A stretch of DNA of 64,000 nucleotides. It comes from Anolis carolinensis. Its lineage: Eukaryota. Shown in pieces: positions 36,920 to 49,725 of the stretch. Where the stretch lies: positions 15,593,608-15,657,607 of the forward strand of contig NW_026943821.1 of NCBI RefSeq assembly GCF_035594765.1, read 5' to 3'. A program made the translations under genes and the position numbers. How positions within the stretch are numbered: position 1 is the stretch's first letter; every line of letters starts with the position of its first letter. Under the pieces are notes generated by a model. The model searched no databases. It was given only the letters and a program-made list of their open reading frames with translations, and was not told the origin of the DNA.

Positions 36920-37843
36920 TTCTCCAAGCTTTCCTGTCTTCTCATTATGTGGCCAAAGTACTTCATCTTTGCCTCTAATATCCTTCCCTCCAGTGAGCAG
37001 TCGGGCATTATTTCCTGGAGGATGTACTGGTTGGATCTTCTTGTGGTCCAAGCACTCTCAGGATTTTCTTCCAACACCACAGTTCAAAAGTCCTTATCTT
37101 CTTCCCTCAGCCTTCCTTATGGTCCAGCTCTCACATCCATAGGTTACTACAGGGAATACCATTGCTTTAACTATGCTGATCTTTGTTGCCAGTGTGATGT
37201 CTCTACTCTTCACTATTTTATCGAGATTGGTCATTGCTCTCCTCCCAAGAAGTAAATGTCTGCAGTAATCTTCCCGGGGGTTATTGACATGAAATGGACA
37301 AACATGTGGGTGCTCCTTGCTTTGCCCATCTGCTAAATAAATGCATGTTGTGTAATTCCTGAATCCCTCTATCTTCTTATGACTCTAAGGCACCAGGCAT
37401 GTGTTCATATTTGATGCTGAGTCTGGTCCTTGTCATTGTTTTCAATGTTGTTGTTTTTTAAATGAGTGATACTTTATTTTTTCTCCTTGGTGGAAGTAGA
37501 TGAAGATTGGATAGTAAATGTACAGGATTCCCCAGGCTATAGACAAAACAGGTTCTATAGGTTTATTCTTAAGTTTAATTTGTATGAAAGTCAGAACAGG
37601 TACATTTTAAGTGTATCTCCAGACATTTTTAACACCCTTGCAACATAACACCCTTGCAACATAAAATTCAATATTCATAACGATGGATTTATGTCCCTAA
37701 AGTAATCAAATACCTTTCAAACTGTAAAGAAGGGATGTTACTGCTGTTAAAAGTGTGGCTGACAGAGATCTTGATTTATGGAGCAAACACAGCAATGACT
37801 TGGAGAAAGAAACTTAAGTTTTATTGAAGGAACTCCATTCTAA

Positions 37844-38518
37844 GGCCCTTTCCACAGCTCCCACATTTTCTGCTTTGAAGTGGAATATATGGCAGTGTGG
37901 ACTCAGATAACCCAGTTCAAAGCAGATATTGTGGGATTTTCTGCCTTGATACTGTATATACTCGAGTATAAGCCTGGTTTTTCAGCCCTTTTTTTAAGAC
38001 TGAAAAAGCCCCCCGCAGCTTATACTCGGGTGAGGGTCCTGGTTGGCTTATATTTGGGTCAGCTTATACTCAAGAATATATGTTACATGTATTATTTTTC
38101 TCTATTATTGGTATTATTACATTTATTATTTTTCTCTATTATTGTTGCTACTATTACATTTATTTTACTCTATTATTATTATTAATAATAATAATACATT
38201 TATTATTTCACTCTAATCTTATTATTATTACATTTATTATTTTACTCTATTATTACTTGTTTTATTTTCCTGTATTTATTATTATTATTATTACATGTAT
38301 TATTTTACTCTATTATTATTAAAAGGATACATAAGCACATTTACATTGAAGAAGATGAGAATAATGATTTGAGCAGAGTTAGACAACCTTATCTTAAATT
38401 TGAGCTTTATGTAAATATTCAAAAACATTTAGCCTACTGATGCCTCAATTAATGTAATTTTATTGGTGTCTGTTTTTATTTCTGAAATTTACCACCCTCG
38501 GCTTATACTGGAGTCTAT

Positions 38519-38557
<39 letters not shown>

Positions 38558-38871
38558 CAGTATTTATATTCTGCCCTTCTCACCCCGAAGGGGACTCAGG
38601 GCGGATCACATTGTACACATATAAGGCAAACATTCAATGCCTTTAACATAGAACAAAGACAAGACAAACATAGGCTCTGAGCTGGCCTCGAACTCATGAC
38701 CTCTTGGTCAGAGTGATTTGTTGCAGCTGGCTGCTCACCAGCCTGCACCACAGCAGGCTGGTGTTGTCCCAGTTTTTTTGTGGTAAAATTAGGTGCCTCA
38801 GCTTATATTCAGGTCGGCTTATACTTGAGTATATATGGTATTCTGGTTTATATGGCTGTGTAGAAGAGCCC
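37844..38871. mobile_element. PIF/Harbinger-like MITE hosting a Tc2-like MITE, which hosts a SINE
   Basis: TAA flanks; GGCCCTTTCCACAG...CTGTGTAGAAGAGCCC ends. Confidence 0.7.
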
Positions 38872-39006
38872 TAAGATAGGAAAGTTGGACAAATTGCAGA
38901 ATGAGAAAAACGTACAGTACTGTCTAAAATGCTTCATCACTGTCCAAACTTAACTGTACTAACTCAAAATAGAACCCTTTTTTAGTTTACACTTTATGTC
39001 CCTTTA

Positions 39007-39914
39007 TTATCGGTGAAAATATTTGTTGTTTATTTGCACTTTTTGGTTCTTGTCTAGATGCAGTAGAATGACATAGCACTTAGGTAGAAAGATACAGCCA
39101 AGTAAGCCAGCATTAGAGGCCAAAATTGAGAAGATCTCCACAGTCACCGTATATTTCCCCTTGGTACTGAGATAGGCTGGGATGAAAGTTACCCAGACAG
39201 TGCAGAAAACCAACATGCTGAAAGTGATGAACTTGGCTTCATTGAAGATGTCGGGCAGCTTCCTGGCAAGGAAAGCCACAATGAAGCTCACCAAAGCCAA
39301 GAAACCCATGAAGCCCAGAATAGAATAGAAGGCAATGGGTGAGCCTTCATTGCACTCCAGGATGATGTGTCCGGGCTCTGAGTAGAAATCAGCATCTGGG
39401 AATGGAGGGGAGGTTCCCAACCAGACCATGCAAATCACAACTTGAATGAGAGAGCAGACCATCACAAAGAAGTATGAAAGTCTAGGTCTCAGCCATTTTC
39501 GTGCACCGCTGCCTGGTTTTGTGGCCTTGAAGGCCAGGACCACAGTGATGGTTTTGGCCAAGACGGTAGCAAGAGAAACAGAGAAAATGATCCCAAAGAC
39601 TGGTTGCTGAAAAAGGCAGGTCATTTTCCGTGGTCGACCGATGAAGAGCAAGCAACAGAGGAAACAGAGTATCAGAGTGGATAAGAGAATATAACTGAGA
39701 GTACGGTTATTGGCTTTGACTGTAGGACGCTCTCGGAACTTAATAAAAGTTCCTAGCACCAGGGCAGCAAAAACTGAGAAAGAAAAAGAAGTGGAAGCTG
39801 AAATAATTCCCAAAGGTTCTTCATAGGACAGGTAGATTATGTTTTTGGGGATACATGCATTTCTTGCTTCATTTGAATAGAGATGTTCTTCACAAACCAC
39901 ACAATGGTCCATAT
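39007..39914 (-). CDS. V2R-D exon 6 (7TM)
   Basis: 908 nt intact 7TM ORF. Confidence 0.93.
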
Positions 39915-39944
39915 CTGAAAGAAGGAAATCAGTTCAGCCAACCT

Positions 39945-40265
39945 AGGTAAAAAGGTAAAGGTTTCCCCTGATGTTAAGTCCAGTCATGTCTGACTCTGGG
40001 GGTTGGTGCTCATCTCCATTTCTAAGCCGAAGAGCCGGCGTTGTCCATAGACACCTCCAAGGTCATGTGGCTGGCATGACTGCATGGAGTGCCGTTACCT
40101 TCCCGCTAGAGCAGTACCTATTGATCTACTCACATTGGCATGTTTTTGAACTGCTAGGTTGGCAGGAGCTGGGGCTAACAGCGGCTGCTCCTGCCGCTCC
40201 CGGGGTTTGAACCTGGGACCTTTCGATCTCCAGCTCAGTGCTTTAACACACTTCACCACCGGGGC
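39945..40265 (-). mobile_element. Sauria SINE
   Basis: tRNA head; BovB-like tail ending (ACCTTT)n. Confidence 0.85.
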
Positions 40266-41078
40266 GAACCTAGCAGTTCGAAAACATGCAAAATGTGAGT
40301 AGATCAATAGGTAGTAGATCAAAAGGATATCTCCTGATAACTTCTTTGACTCTCAAAGCAAATGTAGCTCTAGATACTACTATGTAAGTGCGGGATGTTA
40401 TCCTGAGACATAATATTCTCTGAAAAAACACATTTCTTAATTTTAACACAAACATTTTTGTTCACACTCAAAATGAGTGTGGCCAGGCTATGGCGCAGCT
40501 GGCTAGTAACCATCTGCAATAAATCACTACTGACCAAGAGGTCATGAGTTCGAAGCCCGGGTCGGGTTAAGCCCCCGACCATTAAATAGCCCGGCTTGCT
40601 GTTGACCTATGCAGCCCCGAAAGACAGTTGCATCTGTCAAGTAGGGAAATTTAGATACGCTTTATGCGGGAGGCTAATTTAACTAATTTACAACATCATA
40701 AAACTGCCAGCAAAACACAAGGAAAGGAATGAGGAAGTACAGCCACTAGTGGACAGTGAAGCAACAGCTCCTCCTGTGGCCGGAATCGTGAAGCTGGAAA
40801 AAAAGTTAAATGCCTCTGTGTCTGTCTATATATGTTGTTTATCTGTTGGCATTGAATGTTTGCCATATATGTGTTCATTGTAATCCACCCTGAGTCCCCT
40901 TCGGGGTGAGAAGGGTGGAATATAAATATGGTAAATAAATAAATAAATAAATATATTAAGGAAATGCAAAAGCAAAAAGAAGACACACAAAAAAGAAAGC
41001 AAATATACTATATGTAGCAGAAACTCAATCTAAACTAGACACAATATTGAAACATTCAATCCCAGTACAAAACATAAT

Positions 41079-41415
41079 GGGAGCCCCCAGTGGTGCAGTA
41101 TGTTAAAGCGCTGAGTTGCTGAACTTGAAGACAGAAAGGTCACAGGTTCGAATCCAGGGAGCGAAGTGAGCGCCTGCTGTTAGCTCCAGCTTCTGCCAAC
41201 CTAGCAGTTTGAAAACATGCAAATGTGAGTAGATCAATAGGTACTGCTCCGGCGGGAAGGTAACGGCACTCCATGCAGTCATGCCAGTGGCCACATGACC
41301 TTGGAGGTGTCTACGGACAACACCAGATCTTCGGCTTAGAAATGGAGATGAGCATCAACCCACAGAATCGGACACGACTGGACTTAAGGTCAGGGGAAAA
41401 CCTTTACCTTTACCT
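41079..41415 (+). mobile_element. Sauria SINE
   Basis: A/B boxes (GGTTCGAATCC); AAAACCTTTACCTTTACC tail; a third copy at 51815-52138 (-). Confidence 0.88.
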
Positions 41416-41498
41416 AGGTTAGCTTTGACTGAAACATTTGCACAAGCCATACACTGGGTTTGGAAAACAATAATGTGGGCTTTTCTCATTCTGCCTAC

Positions 41499-41622
41499 CT
41501 GTTTGGTTAGAGATTTCCCCATTGGGACATTCAGTACAATGGAAACAACAACTGGGTTTGCCATTGAGAGGGACTTTCCGTAATCCAGGGGGACAGTTAT
41601 CGCTGCACTTAGAATTAGGTGG
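41499..41622 (-). CDS. V2R-D exon 5 (cysteine-rich domain)
   Basis: 124 nt; PPNSKCSDNCPPG...CCFHCTECPNGEISNQT. Confidence 0.9.
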
Positions 41623-42605
41623 CTACGAGGAAGCAAAGAGGAGGAATTTAAAGTTAATCACAGAATTTGTTTTTAATCATTACTGATCTGACTACTAATA
41701 TAGAATATTTGCCGACAGAGTCTTCCTTTGAATATCGTCTGTAGTTTTTTTCCCCATTTATGAGGTGGCATTCTGACTTTGTAATGTCCTGCTGATGTTA
41801 TTTACCTGGCACCAGTTGTGAATTCTTTTAGGTTGCACGTTAATAGATTTTATATGCTGGAGAATTTTACATGTTATTCACATTATGTTCCGGCTTTGGC
41901 AAATTGATAACCTAGTCTTTTATCACACTCATTATTATTTTTTTATAAAAAATCATTTCAACAGTAACTTGAGAACATACTGCAAGTCGCTTCTAGTGTG
42001 AGAGTTTAACCCACTGCCCCAGTGGTGCAGTGGGTTAAACCCTTGTGCCGGCAGGACTGATGACTTGAAGGATGGGTTGCTGGCCTGAAGGTTGCCAGTT
42101 CGAATCCAACTCGGGGAGAGCACAGATGAGCTCCTTCTATCAGCTCCACAAGGATGGTAAAAACATCAAAACATCTGGGCGTCCCCTGGGCAAGATCCTT
42201 GCAGATGGCCAATTCTCTCACACTAGGAGCGACTTGCAGTTTCTCAAGTTGTTCCTGACACAAAAAAAATATCTACAGAGACGTTGCCCAGGGGACTCCC
42301 GGATGTGCTACCATCCTGCTCGGAGGCTTCTCTAATGTCCCTACGAGCTAGAGCTGACAGATGGGAGCTCACCCCGTCTCGCAGATTGGAACCGCCAACC
42401 TTCAAGTCAGCAATTCAGCCGACACAAGGGTTTAACCTATTGTACCACTGTGCATCTATTTTTTTAATGATCTATTATTTTTAGTGTTGGTATATAACTT
42501 TTTATCATTGTACAGAACCACGAAGCACAAGAACTGTCCTTATCTATTCAGAACATCATTGAAATAAACCACCTTCTGGATGGGACCGCCTTGTATGTGC
42601 CTCAC

Positions 42606-42799
42606 CTGGGCAGATGTTACATCCCATAGAGTCATCTCTTTTTGGATGGTGACACAATGGTTTGCTGCGTGATGAAGGTTCACCTCCCCAACTCTTATGC
42701 TGACTAAGGAATGATTGGGGAGCAAAATCCAACTCCATAAAAAAATGCATCCTCTGCAACACTGTTATTGAAAAGTATTTTCTCAAGATAGTGGTGATA
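42606..42799 (-). pseudogene. V2R-D exon 4, frameshifted
   Basis: YHHYLEKILFNNSVAEDAFFYGVG in one frame and LPNHSLVSIRVGEVNL...WDVTSAQ in another; 31 nt missing. Confidence 0.85.
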
Positions 42800-43177
42800 C
42801 TGCACAAAAAGAGAGGATATTTTAATGAATGATTGCCTAAGAGCTGCCATTTCAAAGATATATTTTTGGCTGAGGTTGCTTCCCAAGAAGCATTTTAGCA
42901 TCTAATTGAATGTTGTGGGTTGCAAGCCACTTTTCTCAAAACGTGTGCAATATTGTTTAAGTAATAGCATTTTGACCAGCCACCCAGAAGGACCCAAAGT
43001 AAAATTAATGAAATTCTTTATCCCAATAACCACCAAGTCTGTAAAGTTAAAATATTATTCTCAAAATGAAAACTAGGAAAGTTTGTTTTGATATATTAAT
43101 TTTTCACAAACCAAAAATAAAACTTAATCCATTGAAGATTAGATTTATGGCAAAATTACTTAAATAGGAACAAAGAA

Positions 43178-43900
43178 GATAGAATCATAGAGTTGTAAGA
43201 GACCTCATGGGCCATCCAGTCCAATCCCCAGCCAAGAAGCAGGAAAATCCCATTCAAAGCACCCCCAACAGATGGCCACTCATCCTCTGCCTAAAAGCCT
43301 CCAAAGAAGGAGCCTCCACTACACTCTGGGGCAGAGAGTTCCACTGCTGAACAGCTCTCACAGCTCTCACCATGAGGAAATTCTTCCTGATGTTCAGGTG
43401 GAATCTCCTTTCCTGTGGTTTGAAGCCATTGTTCCACGTCCTAGTCTGCAGGACAGCAGAAAACAAGCTTGCTCCCTCCTCCCTATGACTTCCCATATTT
43501 ATACATGGCCCTCATCATGTCTCCTTTCAGTCTTCTCTTCTGCAAGCTAAACATGCCCAGCTCTTTAAGCCACTCCTCATAGGGCTTGTTCTCCAAACCC
43601 TTGATCATTTGAGTCGCCCTCCTCTGGACACATTCCAACTTGTCAACATCTCCCTTCAGTTGCGTTGCCCAGAATTGGACACAGTATTCCGGGTGTGGTC
43701 TGACCAAAGCAGAATAGAGAGGTAACATGACTTCCCTGGATCTAGAACCTATCCTTCTATTTATGCAGGCCAAAATTCCATTGGCTTTTTTTGCCGCCGC
43801 ATCACATTGTTGGCTCATGTTTAACTTGTCGTCCACGAGGACTCCAAGATCTTTTTTACACGTACTGTTGTTGAGCCAGTCTTCCCCCATTCTGTATCTT
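43178..43900 (-). mobile_element. CR1 LINE 3' fragment
   Basis: [43 protein letters not shown]. Confidence 0.92.
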
Positions 43901-44013
43901 TTCCTGTCTGATCATTTGTGTGTGTGTTATATTGTTTACTATTTAGACTACTCCATGTGACAAGGTCGAAATTCTCAATTTACTAATGCTGCTGTCAAGG
44001 AAACTCAAATTAC

Positions 44014-44820
44014 CTGCCAAAGAGGAATGTTTCCAAGCCCTAGATTATTTTTCTTTTGTCTGTGTTCCAATCTGTCAAGAGTTAGTGTGTGCAATGCTTT
44101 GGCCACTTCAAACACCGCTTTGGCAATACTGTAACTCATGAGACTCATGTTCATCTCAAAATGGGATACATATGGGCCGTCCAGCTTTTCTTGCCCAGTA
44201 CATTGCCGGACTCCAAGCGATGGTGGCTGCGAACGGGGAGGAGGCAAGTTGCATTTAAATTCTTTGCTCCAGAAATTCTTAATGAAAATGTCATCGGGAT
44301 ATTTGTTCAGAGTTACAGACTGGAGAAAAAATTGGAATCCTGGAATCTCTTTTTGACGGGAACCAAAGGACAAAGCCCCAGAGAATAGGTTTGTGCTTAT
44401 ATGTGGATTGGAATCCCACTTTGCTGTGGTCAACCACACTTTCCCTGCCAATATATCACTAACGTAGACGAATATAACTGAAAGGAACTTGGCATCGCCA
44501 TGCATAAACACTATTTTGCTTGAAGACGATGACAACTCTTCTCTTCTGTGTTGCAGTTCACGGAAAAAAGATACATTCGGTTGGTACCATAGCACGAATT
44601 CCCAACAAATCCCATTCTTCTGCATTTCATCTTGTAGGTTAAGGAGGACATTCTCACTGGTGCCATATTTTGGGGCAACAAGACCAATCCACAACCAGTC
44701 AAAGTGAAGGAGCAACTGGACAATACCCACATGCTGCAGATCATCGCTTGAATGTATCTGATACAAACCAGGGGATTCAATGCCATTGCCTAAAACAGGA
44801 TTATACGCGCCGTAGCTAAT
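44014..44820 (-). CDS. V2R-D exon 3
   Basis: 807 nt open. Confidence 0.9.
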
Positions 44821-45192
44821 CTGTGAAAACAGACACAATTCCCCAATGTTTTTACATAGTCAATACAGCAAGAATGAAACAAGTAATAAATACAAAGAGA
44901 GGAGTTACAAAATTGTGATGGGCATTTGTGTCTGTTTAATAGTATGTGGCTGCAGTGCTCATGGCACAACAACATGGTTCAATGGGATTACAAGCATAGA
45001 ATTATAATCACAAAGTTGGAAGAGGCCACAAGGGTCATCCAGTCCAACCCCCTGAAACTCCAGAAGCGACTCAAGTTACTCCTGAAACGAAAAAAAAAAA
45101 CCCCTGTATTCAGAGAATCAAAGGACCCCCGACATGTAGTCCTCCCCTTATTTAGACACACCTTTTAATTCAGGAGGGAAACCTATGAATAG

Positions 45193-45372
45193 GGCTGTTG
45201 TGTGTTTTCCGGGCAGTATGGCCATGTTCCAGAAGTATTCTCTCCTGTATTCTCTCCCCTCTGAGAATGCCTGCCATAGATGTGGGCGAAACGTCAGGAG
45301 ATAATTCTTCTGGAACATGGCCCAGAAAACACACAACAACCCTGTGATCCCGGCCATGAAAGCCTTTGACAA
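45193..45372. mobile_element. Penelope-like inverted-repeat remnant
   Basis: Same family as 54677-54903; hammerhead core mutated (CTGAGAA). Confidence 0.75.
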
Positions 45373-45935
45373 TCCATGAATAGATTTCTAAAAGTGCTTC
45401 GTTCCAGTGTTGAAGTGGAGCTCTGCTGCCATGATGTTGAGTAAATCCACATAGTGGTGTGAATGTGTTGTGGGCATATCTTTTCTCTGTTCCACTATTC
45501 TGTTCCCAAACTATAGTTATTCAATTTCTGTTAACCAGATAGAGAGGACCTCCAGTTGCATTGCCATAAGTTGCCCCTTTTGCTTCATTGATCCTGCACA
45601 ATTTCACAGTCCTTTCCTGGCTCTGATTTGCCTTTTCATTTGTTGTTTGAGCATTCCTTTGAAGTGCAATATAATGCATAGATATCTTTTGTAAAAGTTA
45701 CCACTTCAAAAGTTACTACCACCCCAGTTCGTCTTATCCCCTCTACTTAGGTGCCAAATCCATGTTTTTACTATGATTACCATTTTATATTTTATCATGT
45801 TTAGAATGTTAATTTAATTTTTGTGTCTGTATTTTCTGATGTCATTTTATTTTGGTTTGCTGTTTTACCTGGGCTTGGCCCCATGTAAGCCTCCCTGAGT
45901 CCCTTCAGGGAGTTGGAGGCGGGATATAAAAATAA

Positions 45936-45989
<54 letters not shown>

Positions 45990-46095
45990 TTACCATTTCT
46001 CAGCCTTTGGTGAGACAGTGACTGGATGACCAGCCTCATTATTATTCTATTCTGAATTTTATTAGGTCCCTCTTATTTGGGTATTTTAATCTGAC

Positions 46096-46140
<45 letters not shown>

Positions 46141-46643
46141 TGTCAGGAGCAACTTGAGTCGCTTCTGGAGTGAGAGAATTGGCCATCTGCAAGGACGTTG
46201 CCCAGGGGATGCCCGGATGTTTTGATGTTTTATCATCCTTGTGGGAGGCTTCTCTCATGTCCCCGCATGGACCTGGAGCTGATAGAAGGAGCTCATCCGT
46301 GGTCTCCCCGGGTGGGATTCGAACCTGGCAGCCTTCAGATCAGCAACCCAACCTTCAAGTCACGAGGCTTTAGTCCACTACGCCATCAGGTATTTCTATA
46401 TTGATGCTATTTCTATATTGCTGCTGCAGTGCCCCCATCTATGAAGTTAATTGAATTGTATTGGTGGTTGTTTGATATTATTATTGTTGTATTAACTCTT
46501 GTGTTATTACCTTATTGTGTTTTAACCTGTGTATATTGTGCAAATGTATTTATGTTGTTACTTCTGTGAACTATGTTGACCGGGCTTTGCCCCATGTGAG
46601 CTGCCCTGAGTCCCCGCGAGGAGATGGTGGCGGGGTATAAATA

Positions 46644-46691
<48 letters not shown>

Positions 46692-46796
46692 CCTTTATAG
46701 CAAATGACAAAATAGCTTGGATCAGAAATGTTGAGGGATACATGGCAGAGCAGAAGTGGGAAACATGTAGCCTTTCAGATGTTGGACTGCAACTTG

Positions 46797-47140
46797 CGAC
46801 CTCATCAGCTGGGTGGTTTCCCTGTCTCTGCACACTGCCGGTGTGATGCCAGGATGGAGTCCACCAGAGCCCATCAAATGACACAGGGCTACTTCTGATG
46901 ATGCTCTGTGCTGGCAACATGTCGACAGCATGCAGAGACAAAGCCTGAGGAGTCGGGTGACTAACTCCTCATAGAAGATGTCAGGGACAGCATGGACCAA
47001 AGATGGAGACAGCGAGGAAATGTTGTGGGATGGCAGCCATGACCTACAATGGTAAGGGGAGGAAGCAGAATGCTGCCTCACGGTTCCCCCCACTGTCCCC
47101 AGCTATCCCCTGGCTTCTGGACCTCCATGTGATGAGGTCC
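46797..47140. mobile_element. Probable Harbinger-like MITE
   Basis: GACCTCATCA...TGATGAGGTC termini; absent from the paralogous intron 2 of V2R-C (around 33318). Confidence 0.55.
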
Positions 47141-47276
47141 TTCCACTCTTTATGAACAATATTTGGAAGTCTATGAGGTTGTCCATCTTTGGCATAGAAA
47201 GACTCCTGTAAGAGCATCTCCATGAAGGTCCACACGGAAAAGTTGAAGACAGGATTTACGTTTACTGAACACTTAC

Positions 47277-47670
47277 CTGTGGTAACTTGTAGATCCCCAG
47301 CATGTTGGCCACCTGCATGGAGAACTCTGATGTCAGCCCCTCAATGACAGCCACCATCTTCTTGTGGCCTTGACAATTGTAGTTGGGAAATATTGTGACC
47401 TTCTCTGCATCCTCTATGCCCATCATGTTATAAGATGGCTGTCCATAACCATAGTAGTATTCATATCCATAGAGAGGTGGAGGAATCGGAGTGAGCTCAT
47501 CCCTTTCAGACAGAAGGCTAATGATGTTCTCATAGGTTTGGCCTCCATTGTAATAGTTATCATAGATACGGAATCCCAGAGAAATATTGGGTAAGAAATG
47601 GGGATCCTTGTTGATTTTCTCCACGGCAAATACAAGTGCCAAGACTTGCTGGTAGCTCCTTGACATTGGG
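47277..47670 (-). CDS. V2R-D exon 2
   Basis: 394 nt open. Confidence 0.9.
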
Positions 47671-47900
47671 CTGTGTGAAAAGAACAGAGGAAACATTTCC
47701 CATGCCTAAATTACCTAGAAAGGTGGATTAGCCTCAGATGACAACCAAGGACAACATGATGCTGTTAGCAAGAGTTTCTGAATGACAGGGTTCAACCCTA
47801 AGGGTTGACAATAAGTAACTTTATTAAGAAATGAAGAGAAAGAACATACAGAAAGACACAGCTTTATGGCATTGATAAATAATAATAATATACCTATAAT

Positions 47901-48941
47901 TGGGTTGTTGTATGTTTTTTGGGCTATATGGCCATGTTCCAGAAGTATTCTCTCCTGACGTTTCGCCCACATCTATGGCAGGCATCCTCACAACCTCTGA
48001 GGATGCCTGCCATAGGTGAGGGCGAAATGTCAGGAAAGAATACAGTAGAGTCTCACTTATCCAACATTCGCTTATTTGTTCTGGATTATCCAACGCATTT
48101 TTTGAGTCAATGTTTTCAATATAGAATCATAGAATCATAGAATCATAGAATAGTAGAGTTGGAAGAGACCACATGGGCCATCTAGTCCAACCCCCTGCTA
48201 AGAAGCAGGAAATCGCATTCAAAGCACCCCCGACAGATGGCCATCCAGCCTCTGCTTAAAAGCCTCCAAGGAAGGAGCCTCCACCACGGCCCCGGGGAGA
48301 GAGTTCCACTGTCGAACAGCCCTCACAGTGAGGAAGTTCTTCCTGATGTTCAGGTGGAATCTCCTTTCCTGTAGTTTGAAGCCATTGTTCCGTGTCCTAG
48401 TCAGGGCAGGGCAGCAGAAAACAAGCTTGCTCCCTCTTCCCTGTGACTTCCCTTCACATATTTGTACATGGCTATCATGTCTCCTCTCAGCCTTCTCTTC
48501 TGCAGGCTAAACATGCCCAGCTCTTTAAGCCGCTCCTCATAGGGCTTGTTCTCCAGACTCTTAATCATTTTAGTCACCCTCCTCTGGATGCTTTCCAGCT
48601 TGTCAACATCTCCCTTCAACTGTGGTGCCCAAAATTGGACACAGTATTCCAGGTGTGGTCTGACCAAGGCAGAATAGAGGGGGAGCATAACTTCCCTGGA
48701 TCTACATCGTGATATTTTGGTGCTAAATTCGTAAATACAGTAAAATCATAACCTAATTTGATGTTTAATAGGCTTCTCCTTAATCTCTCATTATTATCCA
48801 ATATATTTGCTTATCCAACGTTCTGCCGGCCCATTTATGTTGGATAAGTGAGACTCTACTGTACTTCTGGAACATGGCCATACAGCCCGAAAAACATACA
48901 ACAATCCTGTGATTCCGGTCATGAAAGCCTTTGACAACACA
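47901..48941. mobile_element. Penelope-like hairpin containing a mariner MITE (48043-48861), which contains a CR1 3' end (48121-48703)
   Basis: Each inner element interrupts the outer one, which resumes afterwards. Confidence 0.82.
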
Positions 48942-49385
48942 TACTTATAATTACTTTACACAGGAGGTTTAAGTTAGAGAAAAGTTAGAGAAATGTAGGA
49001 CAACCCTACATTTGGGTAGTTATAGACACTAGCACTCTTTGGTAGCAACAGCTAAAAAACTTGTGAAACTACAACTCTCATAGTATTGAGCCACAAAATG
49101 GTGTCAAACTGCATTACATTTGTAGTATAGCTCTACTCTTACTCCAAATATGAACTCTTTGTTGGCAAGCTTCCAACAGTTATATCTAAACTGGTCTTGA
49201 AGTAACAGTTTTTCAAATATCACAAACATAAACTACAGGACTGCCCTTTCTGGGGAGTATAAAGCTCCACACAATGACCCAAATTTGCTACTACAACAAC
49301 CAGAAAAGATAAAATAAGAGGTTTATAGGGCCTTGGGCTTCCACATTTGATCAACTGAAACCCAGCTAAGAAATGGAGAGCTTAC

Positions 49386-49600
49386 GTTATGTCAGAGTTG
49401 TATGGGGAAATCTCCTTAGGTCGAGCTTTATAATTTTTCCTAGGAATCTCTTGCTGAGTCAAAGATAACACCCCACCAAGAATAAGGTCCCCATCCTGGT
49501 AGTAGCCCTCTGTGTAGGTTCTTTTCAAATCACACATTGTCCTTGCCATCTTACCAGCAGCATGTGGGAGAAGTAATGTGATTAAGAGCAGAGTACACAT
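49386..49600 (-). CDS. V2R-D exon 1
   Basis: MCTLLLITLLLPHAAG...[11 protein letters not shown]; GTAAG donor. Confidence 0.85.
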
Positions 49601-49612
49601 GGCAGAAGAAGC

Positions 49613-49667
<55 letters not shown>

Positions 49668-49725
49668 GCTTTATTTGTATCCCGCCCCCTCTCCCAAAAG
49701 GGAAATTGGGGTGGCTTACAACAAA
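49613..49725 (-). mobile_element. L2-type 3' tail with (TTA)n microsatellite, immediately upstream of the V2R-D ATG
   Basis: TGTAAGCCACCCC...GGGCGGGATACAAATAAAG(TTA)n on the minus strand. Confidence 0.7.

Larger units (their letters stand above)
35250..37273 (-). mobile_element. RTE/BovB LINE 3' fragment interrupted by L1 and Helitron
   Basis: BovB-type sequence at about 35250-35488 and 36920-37273 (TGTGGCCAAAGTACTT...CCAACACCACAGTTCAAAAG). Confidence 0.75.
39007..49600 (-). pseudogene. Vomeronasal type-2 receptor copy D; probable young pseudogene (exon 4 frameshift)
   Basis: Exons 49600-49386, 47670-47277, 44820-44014, 42799-42606, 41622-41499 and 39914-39007. Exon 4 is 194 nt versus 225 nt in paralogs, giving TAG at 42706-42704. 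All other exons are open. Confidence 0.85.

Noticed and set aside
41079-41160. tRNA gene
   Set aside because: The A/B boxes belong to the tRNA-derived head of a Sauria SINE; there is no complete cloverleaf.
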